The translations under genes were made by a program, and so were the position numbers. The notes below the pieces were generated by a model that saw nothing but the letters and a program-made list of their open reading frames with translations, was not told the origin of the DNA and did not search any database. A stretch of DNA of 64,000 bases from Haliotis rufescens (Eukaryota): the NCBI RefSeq assembly GCF_023055435.1, contig NW_025963902.1, positions 7,130,001-7,194,000 of the forward strand. Direction: 5' to 3'. Below, piece by piece: positions 9,853-20,860 of this stretch; position 1 is the stretch's first letter, and each line of letters begins with the position of its first letter.

Positions 9853-10050
9853 AGACCCGTGAAGATTCCGGGGTAGAATAGGTCTTCAGCAACCGCTGAC
9901 TTAGTTGATGCATGTCATGGATCCCAATTGCGTGGATCGATGCGCATGATATTAATCACTGGATTGTCTGGTCCAGACTCGATTATTTATAGGCCGCCGT
10001 CATGTAGCTGGAATATTGCCGAGTGCGGCGTTAAACAACAAACCAACCAA
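9853..10050 (+). mobile_element. SINE-like family C, internally deleted, with TSD
   Basis: Flanked by TGGATATAG. The unit-4 copy (~54223-54465) retains the segment missing here. Confidence 0.8.
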
Positions 10051-13042
10051 CTTTGTGGATATAGGATATGTATAACTGCCTGATATTATACATATAACTT
10101 TTGTCGGTTGTAATTACGATTTTTGCATTTTGTTTTTATCCATTAACTGTAGCAGAAACCGAGGAGGCCTCAACGGTGACTGTTTTTGTTTTTTTTCATG
10201 CGTAAAACTTACCCGCCAATAACGTCCAGCTGTACAAAAGTGATTATGGTTATTATTATCTTAATTAGTAAAACTTGCAACTAAAAATACGGTATTTTGG
10301 AAAATATCATTTCTGATAAAATAAAAATTTCAGAGTACAAGTATTCCGATCATTGCATCAAAATCCTTTCAAGTTATACGTTTTGGGGGGTATTATTAAC
10401 CGAATCACGGGTAGATTGGTAGAAAATGTACAGCTGGGTGTTATTTCCGGTTTAGTTAATGGGAAAAACACACAGCAAACCTAATTTCTGCAAATAAAAA
10501 AATGTCCAGCAGAAGAGAAAAGACAATTTAAATGGTAAATCGTCAAGTCTGGAAGTAATTTATCTCAAGTTTCCTTGACCAAAAAATTTTTATCACCTGT
10601 TTACGCTGAATTCGCTGAAGGGACTTGATGTAGTTTTTTCACTGTGCATAAGATGATGTTTCTCTTAGAAGTCGTATATCAGGCCCTCCTATGAATATGA
10701 ATGAATAATGCCCTTTCCATACAGATTATCCATGATCAGCAATAATATAGTTCAGTAATGTATTTTGTATGCATTATCGATGTATTTTGATGGGAGTCGA
10801 TTGGAAAACGTATCAGTCATAGAGCTAGATAAATTACTTCGCCCATAATTTCATTCATTGTTAACGTCTTAGAACTCAATATGTTGTATTTGCCCAGTAA
10901 TTGGTGATACTATACGGCTTATAACAAAATTATGTCAGTCGACGCAAACAGTAAGGAATTCTTCTGTGGCTGATTGGCACTTAAGCAATAATATTAATTC
11001 ATATGTATTTTATCAACATACCATTACGAGATCCCGATGCGTTTGTTTTGGCTACCAAACAGTTGCCAAGTTGCTGGGATCTGTTTGGGGGTGGGCGAGA
11101 TGTCAGGCATCTTCAGCGTGGTCGGAGACCATGCCTGACTACTGCCCATTTAATAGTCTGTGATACTGACCCTGAAACAAATATATCCAAAAAAAGCCCA
11201 AGCAAGTCTATATTAGTAGGCAAGTCTAGATTACTGCAGTTTCAGGAAATGACGAGAGTATCTTTGCTCCTTTTTATTATATTTTCTATGAACAGAACTT
11301 AACAACTGTTTGACTAGATGTTAGTCTACCCATATATTTGCTATAACTGATTTAAGAAAACACGTCTTCTACTTTTAGATAACAAATTCTGATGCTCAAT
11401 GCCATGAATTTTATGCTTAAAAATGTTAAAGTCAAGAATTCGAGTCAGACAAACCAAAAGAAACTTCTTAGCTTATCGCTCATTGGTGTATCTCCGCAAT
11501 GTCCCTCACGCTGTCTGTTTCCGGAAGAAAGTGTTCTTATGTAAGTGAGATCGGCTTCTGACGGATACAGCCGAAGTTATTCCGCTGCATTTGACCTAGT
11601 TTCCCATAGAAGCTGTGCACATATTTCGCTAATGACCGCTGTCAAATCCGATAGTGTTCTTTTTCATTCGCATAATTAATGCATTCGGTTCCAATTCAGG
11701 AGCTACCAATGCGCCTTCATTTTAACCCATTCAACGTTTTTATTCCAAATGCTTAGAGTGAGTGAGTTGGGTTCAACGCCGCTTTTAACATTATTCCAGT
11801 CATATCACGGCGTGTCAGCTTAATGTGGGAGGAAAGCCAGAAGTGATGCAGGTCTCAGACGTTTACCACTTTGGTGAAACACACGAGCACGGGTATGGTG
11901 CTGACAAACCCAGAAACATAATTGGGGCGAACCGGGATTCGAACCCACAATCATAGGTTTCTGGCGTGCCCAAGGGACGCAACTCTGCACAGCGAATCGC
12001 GGCGCCTTAGACGACTCGGCCACCCGTGCCCCCTATCCGCGGTCGAATTCAGCTAACATTGTAAGTTATCATGTAAAAAAGACAGCTCTAAATATATAAA
12101 AATACATGGTCAGTTTTAATTAATGGGTTAATGTACATTTAAAACAAAACATACAAAATTACAGCTGCCATGGGATTCATTCTGCACTGAAGGCTGCGAA
12201 AACTGCTTGTGATTTGGTATGTTTGAACCTGTATGTAGCGCGCAAAGCCGGGAAGTCATACACAAAGGCAACACTCAAGTTTAAGTGACAGTACGGCAAA
12301 GATTACAAAATGACGTCGCGAATGATATCCATGGTAGATCATTTCATAACGGCTACTTATGGTGTCTCGTTTGACAGTGATCCATTTATCCATTTAACCG
12401 CACTGACCCAATCCCTAGTTTTCTCTCCTGGAGACCAGCCTTTGGCTGCGCTTGCGAAGCACTGATACAGGCAATTCCATAACGGCGGCCTCCATGAGAC
12501 AAAGAAAAATGGCCTAGCCTATTAGCCTAATGGTTAAAGCGTTCGCTCGTCACGCCGAAGACCTGGGTTCGATTCCCGACATGGGTACAATGTGTGAAGC
12601 CCATTTCTTGTGTCCCCCGCCGTGATGTTGCTGGAATATTCCAAAAAGCGGCGTAAAACCATACTGACTCACTGTTTATAAATGGACTGGACTGTGACGT
12701 CGTTTGAGGGCGCTAATATAACCTTATAATGGTGTACTTAGAAATCAGAAGACATGAAAAGGCACATGGCGATTCACTGTGGAATCAAGCCTCACTAGTG
12801 CACTGTTTGTAAGAAAACATTATCAGGTCATCTGCAGAAACATAATTTATTTTTTTTCTGCTGATTCACACAGGAGTCAAACCTTATCAGTGTGTAGAAT
12901 GTGGGAAAGGGTTCACACAGTCAGGCAGCCTGCAGAAACACATGCATGTACACAGCAGAAGCAACCCTTATCAATGTGTAGAATGTGGGAAAGAGTTCAC
13001 ACATTCAGGTGGCCTGCAGAAACACATGATGATTCATAGTGT

Positions 13043-14983
13043 TAAGACAGCCTTGTTGGGATTCCAACGACTGTCAGGCCTCGGTTTGGGGAATTAGCTA
13101 TTGGGAGCGAGCCTTGAAACAAGAGAGAAGAGAGCTGTGAGGTCCTTAGGGTTTATTCAAGCAAGTGTCATATTATTCAAGTTACATCAATTAATATATA
13201 ATAGTGACGTACAATCATAATAATGATAATAATATGCTAACACATTGTCCATCTAATAAAGGCATAATAATAAAGGCAATGTATTTAAATTGGAGTATGT
13301 ACGGTAACATTATACAACAGATGCAGTATTTACTAGAATAATAACGGTAATGCTAAATAACATTCCTTAACAGCTAAATTGAGTAGTCGTAATATTTTAA
13401 TGGAGCATGTACGGTAGACTGCGCAAACTACTAAGATGAGGAACATGACATTTACTTATGAAAAGACGGTAAACATTAATATTTGTGGTTTCAGTAATAA
13501 TTATCACAACATAATAATTTCGGCTAATACGGAAGGTAAATACTTGATCCAAATAAAGATACGAATGTACGCGGTAGAAGATATAGCTCGGTTTTAGTTA
13601 GTGTCATTATTAGTTTTAGTAGTGATTACTTTGGTGACTACGGTAATGAATCACGGCGGCTATGTTGCTATTGACTACGCGCATTTCCTACATATATACG
13701 GAGCTATACCATAACAGCTAATGGAGTGAATACGGTAATTGTATACTTGAACGGTGCGCGTTTGAATGTACGTTATTATGAAGTATAAAAGATGACTTTT
13801 ACAGTATTTAAATGACTACGGTAATGAAATTGTGGTATAGGCTGTGTTGCAGCGTATGCAACTATATGAGGGACGGGACTCTTTACAATATATTCAAATA
13901 CTTACTTGATGAAGATAAAACCTAAGAAATATGGAATGCGTTGTTATAGCCTATGCTGTAAACGCACACGGAAGGTAAAGCTGCACATATAACCTTTGAT
14001 TGGTGGACTGTCGGAAAGTATGGAATAACCAACCTAGTAATAAATCTTGCTTGAAACAGTTGTGTTAACTCTAGGAACCGTTTTGTGACTAAGCTACATG
14101 TACGCTACGCTACTGCACGGAAATATAAACTGTATATGCATCTGGCATTTTGAACAGATGATGTTAGACATAGAAGGGGAATATAATTATGGATGTCGAA
14201 ATATAGGAGAGAACTATTGGTGCCGCATATTAATGACACATAAACTGGAGGAGCCCACGACGCATTACACTTCAAATAACACTGGGAAGTTACTGTGTAT
14301 TAAACAGTAAATAATATTTATAATGAGCAGTCATTTAGAACTTGTACACAGTAGATTGAGAGTTACAATATGGCAGTACTGATTCAACTTAACTATAACA
14401 TTTTCTAGACAATAATAACAATGAAATAAGAAGTTTAGTCATAAAATAGGAATATTTAAATGTTTCTTACCTTGAAACAAGAGAGAAGAGAGCTGTGAGG
14501 TCCTTAGGGTTTATTCAAGCAAGTGTGCTGAGGACCAACACCCAAGGAGTTATATACCCCCACAGCTCTACTCTTATCACATTAACAATTACTTTGAAGT
14601 TGTAATTTCGGTCTCTGTTATCTGCCCTGGGCTGTCAAAGTTGACTAAACAAAAGCAGGTGGTAAATAGAATGGTATCAGTATTACCTAAGAAGAGTTTA
14701 TTTTAATTACAGTTTAAGATGGTGGTCAAAACCTGCGCCAGCTGGTAACAAAACATTTATCAAGAGAACAAGGGCCGGGGCGGACGTACGCGCCGACTTT
14801 ATCTATGATTACGTAATTTACTGTTCGCGTGAATGAGCTTGCCAAGGAGCAGCCGTCATGGTCGACCAGTGGCGATAAAAACGAGAAATACTGGTCTAGC
14901 GACTTTCGAATTTTAGAATTTCCTAGTTTAAGTTTAATTTGTTAAAAATATAAAAAGTGTAATGAAATATATGCACTGTAACA
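13043..14983 (-). repeat. 3' LTR (1941 bp)
   Basis: Matches 22304-24244 at offset 9261; only two substitutions noticed by eye. Confidence 0.95.
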
Positions 14984-14993
14984 ATACCCCTGT
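14984..14993 (-). other. Short polypurine-tract-like sequence
   Basis: ACAGGGGTAT immediately precedes TGTTACA of the 3' LTR on the minus strand. Confidence 0.55.
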
Positions 14994-15955
14994 GCGTCGT
15001 GGAGCTTTTGTCCTCAAAAGCCAAAAGAAAAGGATTAAAATGAAGCGAATATACATAGATAATCAGAATACAATGATACAATAGATTACGTTGGACATGA
15101 ACAAATGTGTGCATGAAGATAGTTTGATCAGTTGAAAACATAAGGCACACGATTTCCATTACAAAGATTCTGAAACATACCTACATATTAAACTACAAGA
15201 AAAATGACAATTTGAAGTAATGAACAAGCATTTCTGTGAAAAGGAAACCGGTTAACAAGAACATACATAATATGAGGAAAGGTTGTTGTGTGATGAGGGA
15301 GTTTTTAGCGTTCCCCAACAATTTGCCCTGACACTGTCAAACATTTCACATCACGCTAGGTCTACGATTTGAAAGTATCCGTTGTGAAATATTAGGATAT
15401 AGGTGGCAAAGGGGTGCTTAAAGAGTTTGTGAATGTGTGGGAAGTGAGGCACCAGAAGGCGTTTGGATATGCCAATAGGAAGGCACAGAGTGAGTGGAAG
15501 AATTGGAATTGTGGCATACTCAAGTCTTGGAGAAGACAGTTGAGATTTTGAGACAAGGATGAGAAATGCTGCCCAAGGAACAGCCAAGATTCCTAACAGA
15601 ATGGAAACATTGTAGTCTGTTAAGGTGGTGATGACAACGAGAGATTAACGGTAGTTGACGTGTACGTATCTTAGTTAGGTATTGGAGGCAAAGCGAGGTC
15701 ACTCAGGACAGGAGGCACGAATATCAGCCGAACTCAAGGATAGTGGCTCTCCATGATGGACCAAAGACAAAAAGAAACCAAAGTACAAGTCAGATGGGAT
15801 GACCATTGTTGCAGGAAAGTTGTGGCCACAACATTTCACTGCGTAGCACTTATAGAACACAAGGCAATTTGATTACCTGTAGGGGGTGGTCAGAGCTCAT
15901 CTACCTTGACAAATGATGACTTGTTGCCAGGAGGAATAGCATGGAAGGTCAAGAC

Positions 15956-18900
15956 CTATGATTTTGCAAAATATCTGTGTTTCCGTTTCCGTCTGTGACC
16001 AGATCCTGTTCTAAATGTATGGTAATCACTTATCATTTCCGCACTAAGGTTGGAGGCAGGTTCCCAGGTGCGTTGAGGGTAACCTTCCCATTCAATTAGG
16101 TAATGAGTTACTCCTGACTTCTTTTTAGCTTTGTGTATGCGTTTTACAGCATAAAGTTGATCATCTGGTTGGGCAGATGATGTGGGACTCTGTGGAATAG
16201 TGTCAGAGTTATCAGACGAGTGAGGTAGCATAATGGGATCCTCTACGGAAGTGTGCTGTGTTGTGGTAGGGTTGTCAGGATGGGAGGATGTTGACTGAGT
16301 TGGAGTTGATTGATGCTGGGCTGTTTGTGAGGCTTCTCTACGAGGATTGTCAGGCTGGGAGGCCGTCGACTGAGTGGGTGTTGCTAGATGCTGAGCTGGT
16401 TGTGCAGGTTGTCTTCGAGGGGTTGGAGGTGTATAAGTTTTAAGTCTGTTGGCATGAATGAAGGATTTATGTTCTTTGTTTGTGTTAGTGTTCAGTAGTT
16501 TGAAAGTATGGTTAAGACCGATGCGAATGATTCTGTAAGGTCCTATCCATTTCTTTGACAGTTTGGGGGAAAGGCCAGTTTTGACAGTTGGATCAGTCAT
16601 GAGAACCTGATCACCAACTGCAAATGAAGGTTCCTTGGCTCTGACATCCTGAAGATTCTTGCTTTTATCCTGAGCAGCAGACATGTTGTCCTTTGCAAGG
16701 GATTTTGCAACATTCAGATTTTTCAAGAGATCTTGAAGATGACCCTGTGCATCTTTGCCGAGGGTAGATTTAGGCAGCAAGGTTGTGTCAAAAGGAAGAT
16801 TCATTTCCTTTCCAAACAGAAGGTAGTGTGGTGAATACCCTGTAGATTGACAAGGTACATTGCGCATGGCCATCATAACACATGGAATGAGTTTGGCCCA
16901 ATTGGTCTGATCAGGGTCAGCATATGTTCGGAGAGCCTGCTCTATGACACTGTTCCTCCTTTCACACATCCCATTAGTCTGGGGGTGGTAGGACGAAGTG
17001 TAGTAGTGCTTGATATCGAGGAGTTCACAGAGAGCATTTACTAGCTTGGAAGTGAACTGCCTACCTCTGTCAGTAAGAAGAGTACGGGGAGCACCAAACC
17101 GTGAGAAAACCTCAGTGAACAGGATTGATGCAACCTCGGAGGCTTCTTGAGTGCGCATAGGGAAACCTTCTGTCCAGCGTGAGAAGGAATCAACTGCAAG
17201 GAGAACATACTTATAACCTTCCTTAGTCTCAGGCAATGGCCCGAGGATGTCAACATGGAGACGAGAGAATGTGTCCTCAATAGGCATGGGCACCATTGGT
17301 GCTGGCTTAGCATTTGTCCTTCTTTTGGAGCGTTGGCAGTCATCACAGGACTTGACATAATTCTCAATATCCTGGTATAAGCCTGGCCAGTAATACTTTG
17401 TGAGTATTGTCTGACGAGTGGCATCTCGTCCAAGGTGGCAACCACCAGCTTTGGAATCATGGTAGGCAAAAAGAAGCTCTTTGCGACAGCAGACAGGGAC
17501 AGCTAGCTGTGTTACCATAGGAGGGCGATTGTTTTTCTGACCTCGATGCTTTGCATGATAGAAGTGGTACAGAATACCATCACGTATGTCATACTCTTGA
17601 GCAAGGCCAGTTAGACCCTTGACTTGAACATCTGTATAGGTGGAAGGAATTTCACCTTTTTCAATGTAGTCCATGATTGGACAAAGGTCAGGGGATTTAC
17701 GTTGCTTTTCTGCCAAGTCTTTATCATCAAGATCAGTTCCTATAGCAAAGACCATAGGGCCTGAAGGAGGATCGTGAGGACCCGACTTGTAGACAAAGTC
17801 TACAGATATAGAGGATGTTATGTCATCTCTACTGATATCTTCTGATGAGACACTGGGTGAGTCAAGAGTGTCATTGTCAATGTTTGTATGCTTTGGAAAG
17901 TTGTTTTGTGGAGATGAGCATGATTTGGTTGAAGAGGAAGAAGACCTCAGCTGGCTGGAGGGACGAGACATGAATGGTAGTTTGGTGTGGACACTGTTGT
18001 TGGAGGATTTTGTAGCAGTGGTGACCGACTTGTTTGTCTTCTTGTCAGTAGGTGGCATGGGACTTGGATGAGCATGGCTGGCTGGTTTGTGAGATAAGGC
18101 TGTTGAGGGTGTAGACCTCATATTGCCTGCTTTTGAATAAGCATATTGGCGAGTGAAGGAAGTCGAAGGTGTAGACCTCTTGTTGCCTGTATTGGCATTG
18201 GCATAATGGTGAGAAGTGGCAGTCGAGGGTGTAGACCTCTTGTTGCCTGTATTGGGATTGGCATAATGGAGAGAAGTGGCAGTCGAGGGTGTAGACCTCA
18301 TGTTGCCTGCATTGGGATTTGCATAATGGCGAGAAGTGGCAGTCGAGGGTGTAAACCTCATGTTGCCTGTATTGGGATTGGCATAATGGAGAGAAGTGGC
18401 AGTCGAGGGAGTAGGCCTCGTGTTGCCTTGGTGATGAGGGAATGACACTTTGGGGCTGCTTGATGGTGACATCGAATGTGAAGTTGCAGTGGGTAAGAGT
18501 GGAGATGAAGCAGTGGCAGCTACTTGTTCATATGTGCGGGTTGATGAGATGGGTTCTGTTGAAATGGGTGGGGAGGGTATATCATCAGTGTTAGGTTGAT
18601 GTACTTGCTCTGCATGAGGAATGCGAGATAAGGCATCTGCATTTGTGTTGGCTTTGCCTGGCCTGTGTATGATCTCAAAATCATACTCTTGCAGCATGAG
18701 GGACCATCTACTAAGGCGACCAGAGTCATGTTTGGTTTTCTTAAGCCAAGTCAGAGCTTTGTGGTCTGTGTAAACAGAAAATGATCCATTTGCAAGGTAC
18801 ACCCTGAAGTTTTTAATACCTTCTAGGACGGCCAGGCATTCTAGATGTGTGATACCCCAATTCTTTTCAGCAGTATGGAGAGAGCGACCACCATAACATA

Positions 18901-20860
18901 TTACATGTTCTCTACCTTGAGAATCAAGTTGGCCTAAGATGTACCCTATTGCAGTTTGTGATGCATCAGTTGTGAGGATGAAGGGTTGGTTTTGGTCAGG
19001 GTATGCGAGGATAGGAGCAGATGTAAGGGCATGTTTTAGCTTTTCAAATGCCTGTTGACAATTGTATGACCATTCGAAAGATGCATCTTTTTTAAGAAGA
19101 TTGTAAAGAGGGGAGGCAATGCCCGAAAAGTTTGCTACAAATTTCCGATAATATGATGCCAAACCTAGGAAATGGCGCACGTCATGGACATTTTTAGGAG
19201 GTGGAATCTGTGTGACTGAATCTATTTTGGAAGGATCAACATGGATGCCATCTTTGCTGAAGATATGCCCTAAGTAGGTAACTTGTTTTGTCGCGAATTT
19301 ACATTTGCTGGGTTTAAGAGTGAGGCCTGCTTCACTGATCTTTTGGAATACTGCCTTGAGGTGATTCAGATGTTCAGAAAAGGTTTTAGAAAATATTATT
19401 ATGTCGTCGACATATATCAATATGTAACGCCAATTCATCTCTTTTAGTGCCTCTGAAATGGTTTGCTGAAATGCCATAGGAGCATTTTTGAGGCCGAAAG
19501 GAAGGCGATTCCATTCAAAAACACCATCAGGCGTAATGAAGGCGGACTTGTGTTTTGTATCTGGGTGGAGTGGTATTTGCCAAAAGCCACTAGCACAATC
19601 AAGGACACTAAAGATTTTGGCATGGCTGTCACCTACGGCATCAACGACATCTTCAAAACGTGGCAGAGGAAAAAATATAGGCTTAGTAACTGCATCGAGG
19701 CGTCTATAATCTACGGCAAAGCGGTAAGAGCTGTCACGTTTCTTAACCATGACAACAGGTGAGTGCCACTCAGAAGAACTAGGTTGAATGATATTGGCAT
19801 CTAACATTTCTTTTACCTGTCTTGAACATTCTTTTCTAATGGCTGCGTTTTGCCTGTAAAAAGGGAGTCTAATCGGTCTGGCATCACCTGTTTCTATTCT
19901 GTGTTGATGTAAGTGGGTGTGTCCTAATTCTGACCAATCTGAGGCAAAAACTGACCTTTGTGATTGGAGAAATGCACGTAAATGTGTTTGTTGTTCATGT
20001 GTGAGGTCTGCATCACTAAGATCAAAGTCAATGTCCTGTGAATGTGTTGTGTTAGCACTTGTAGTAGTAGGAGGATCAGAATCAGAAGTGTCAGGGAGGT
20101 CAAGGACAGATGTGGGGTCAATCTCTGAGGCTACAGCAACCACTGTTTTTGAATATAAAGTGACATGGCTGTCACTAGCATTAAGCAATCTCATGCAAGC
20201 TGATTTTGGATTGTTGGTTATAAGGCACTTAGCACCATGGAGCTGCATGTCATTTAATGCCGGAACTGGTTCAAGAAGAAAAACTTGACCTTGTTGACAA
20301 TGAGAAATTTTGATGGGAATGTCAGCTTGAGAGTGTGGAGGAATAATTACAGACTTGCATGGTCTTGCGTAGCCTCCATTGATTGATGCCAGGGAGACTG
20401 AAACAAGACCTTCATGTATGTGAAGGCATTTTGAGGGCAGGTCTATAGTGACTTTGTTTAATTCAAGGAAGTCAATGCCTAAGATGAGAGAGTGATGTAA
20501 GTTGTGAAAGACATGAAAGATTTGGGGGAGGTAGATATGCCCTATGTTAATGTCAAGAGAGACAGAGCCTAGCACAGAATGTTTTTCACCACCTACACCT
20601 ATGATTTCAGTTAGGTGAGATGGGCGTAAATGAGAGGGTTTGATGCCAACTTTATTTAAGTAGCCCATGCTGACACAGCTAACTGATGCACCTGTGTCAA
20701 CAAGAGCTGTAGTTCTCACTTGTTTCACCTTGACATGAACAGTGTTCTTTGTCAAGGGAGCCACAAGTGATACAAAGGCTGACTCTTGCCTGACCCTAGA
20801 ACGATGAGTATCAGGTATGAGTCCCTGTGGCTGTCGATATTGTGTATAGTATGCGCGCAT
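15956..20860 (-). CDS. pol: Gypsy Pol: aspartic protease, RT, RNase H, integrase with GPY/F motif and C-terminal chromodomain
   Basis: LVDTGAS; LPFGL...YVDD; LTTDAS; H...H/CDDC plus D-D-E core; KWIGPYRI; YAVKRIH...YLIEWEGY...TWEP. In frame with gag. Confidence 0.95.
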   Translation of the reverse strand: MRAYYTQYRQPQGLIPDTHRSRVRQESAFVSLVAPLTKNTVHVKVKQVRTTALVDTGASVSCVSMGYLNKVGIKPSHLRPSHLTEIIGVGGEKHSVLGSVSLDINIGHIYLPQIFHVFHNLHHSLILGIDFLELNKVTIDLPSKCLHIHEGLVSVSLASINGGYARPCKSVIIPPHSQADIPIKISHCQQGQVFLLEPVPALNDMQLHGAKCLITNNPKSACMRLLNASDSHVTLYSKTVVAVASEIDPTSVLDLPDTSDSDPPTTTSANTTHSQDIDFDLSDADLTHEQQTHLRAFLQSQRSVFASDWSELGHTHLHQHRIETGDARPIRLPFYRQNAAIRKECSRQVKEMLDANIIQPSSSEWHSPVVMVKKRDSSYRFAVDYRRLDAVTKPIFFPLPRFEDVVDAVGDSHAKIFSVLDCASGFWQIPLHPDTKHKSAFITPDGVFEWNRLPFGLKNAPMAFQQTISEALKEMNWRYILIYVDDIIIFSKTFSEHLNHLKAVFQKISEAGLTLKPSKCKFATKQVTYLGHIFSKDGIHVDPSKIDSVTQIPPPKNVHDVRHFLGLASYYRKFVANFSGIASPLYNLLKKDASFEWSYNCQQAFEKLKHALTSAPILAYPDQNQPFILTTDASQTAIGYILGQLDSQGREHVICYGGRSLHTAEKNWGITHLECLAVLEGIKNFRVYLANGSFSVYTDHKALTWLKKTKHDSGRLSRWSLMLQEYDFEIIHRPGKANTNADALSRIPHAEQVHQPNTDDIPSPPISTEPISSTRTYEQVAATASSPLLPTATSHSMSPSSSPKVSFPHHQGNTRPTPSTATSLHYANPNTGNMRFTPSTATSRHYANPNAGNMRSTPSTATSLHYANPNTGNKRSTPSTATSHHYANANTGNKRSTPSTSFTRQYAYSKAGNMRSTPSTALSHKPASHAHPSPMPPTDKKTNKSVTTATKSSNNSVHTKLPFMSRPSSQLRSSSSSTKSCSSPQNNFPKHTNIDNDTLDSPSVSSEDISRDDITSSISVDFVYKSGPHDPPSGPMVFAIGTDLDDKDLAEKQRKSPDLCPIMDYIEKGEIPSTYTDVQVKGLTGLAQEYDIRDGILYHFYHAKHRGQKNNRPPMVTQLAVPVCCRKELLFAYHDSKAGGCHLGRDATRQTILTKYYWPGLYQDIENYVKSCDDCQRSKRRTNAKPAPMVPMPIEDTFSRLHVDILGPLPETKEGYKYVLLAVDSFSRWTEGFPMRTQEASEVASILFTEVFSRFGAPRTLLTDRGRQFTSKLVNALCELLDIKHYYTSSYHPQTNGMCERRNSVIEQALRTYADPDQTNWAKLIPCVMMAMRNVPCQSTGYSPHYLLFGKEMNLPFDTTLLPKSTLGKDAQGHLQDLLKNLNVAKSLAKDNMSAAQDKSKNLQDVRAKEPSFAVGDQVLMTDPTVKTGLSPKLSKKWIGPYRIIRIGLNHTFKLLNTNTNKEHKSFIHANRLKTYTPPTPRRQPAQPAQHLATPTQSTASQPDNPRREASQTAQHQSTPTQSTSSHPDNPTTTQHTSVEDPIMLPHSSDNSDTIPQSPTSSAQPDDQLYAVKRIHKAKKKSGVTHYLIEWEGYPQRTWEPASNLSAEMISDYHTFRTGSGHRRKRKHRYFAKS
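18103..18430 (-). repeat. 60-bp (20-aa) tandem repeat, ~5 copies, between RNase H and integrase
   Basis: Repeated STATS(L/R/H)HYANPN(T/A)GN(M/K)RSTP. Confidence 0.9.

Larger units (their letters stand above)
1..11435. repeat. Segmental tandem unit 1 (~11.4 kb; boundary arbitrary, set by window start)
   Basis: The sequence at position 1 (gaattcgagtcagacaaacc) recurs at 11436, 34074 and 55849 with colinear, near-identical downstream sequence. Confidence 0.95.

Noticed and set aside
14098-14310. 70-aa ORF duplicated at 23359-23571
   Set aside because: Chance ORF within the LTR, antisense to the element.
14984-15955. Possible env or third ORF after pol
   Set aside because: Only short ORFs (<80 aa) with no recognisable motifs; treated as 3' UTR.
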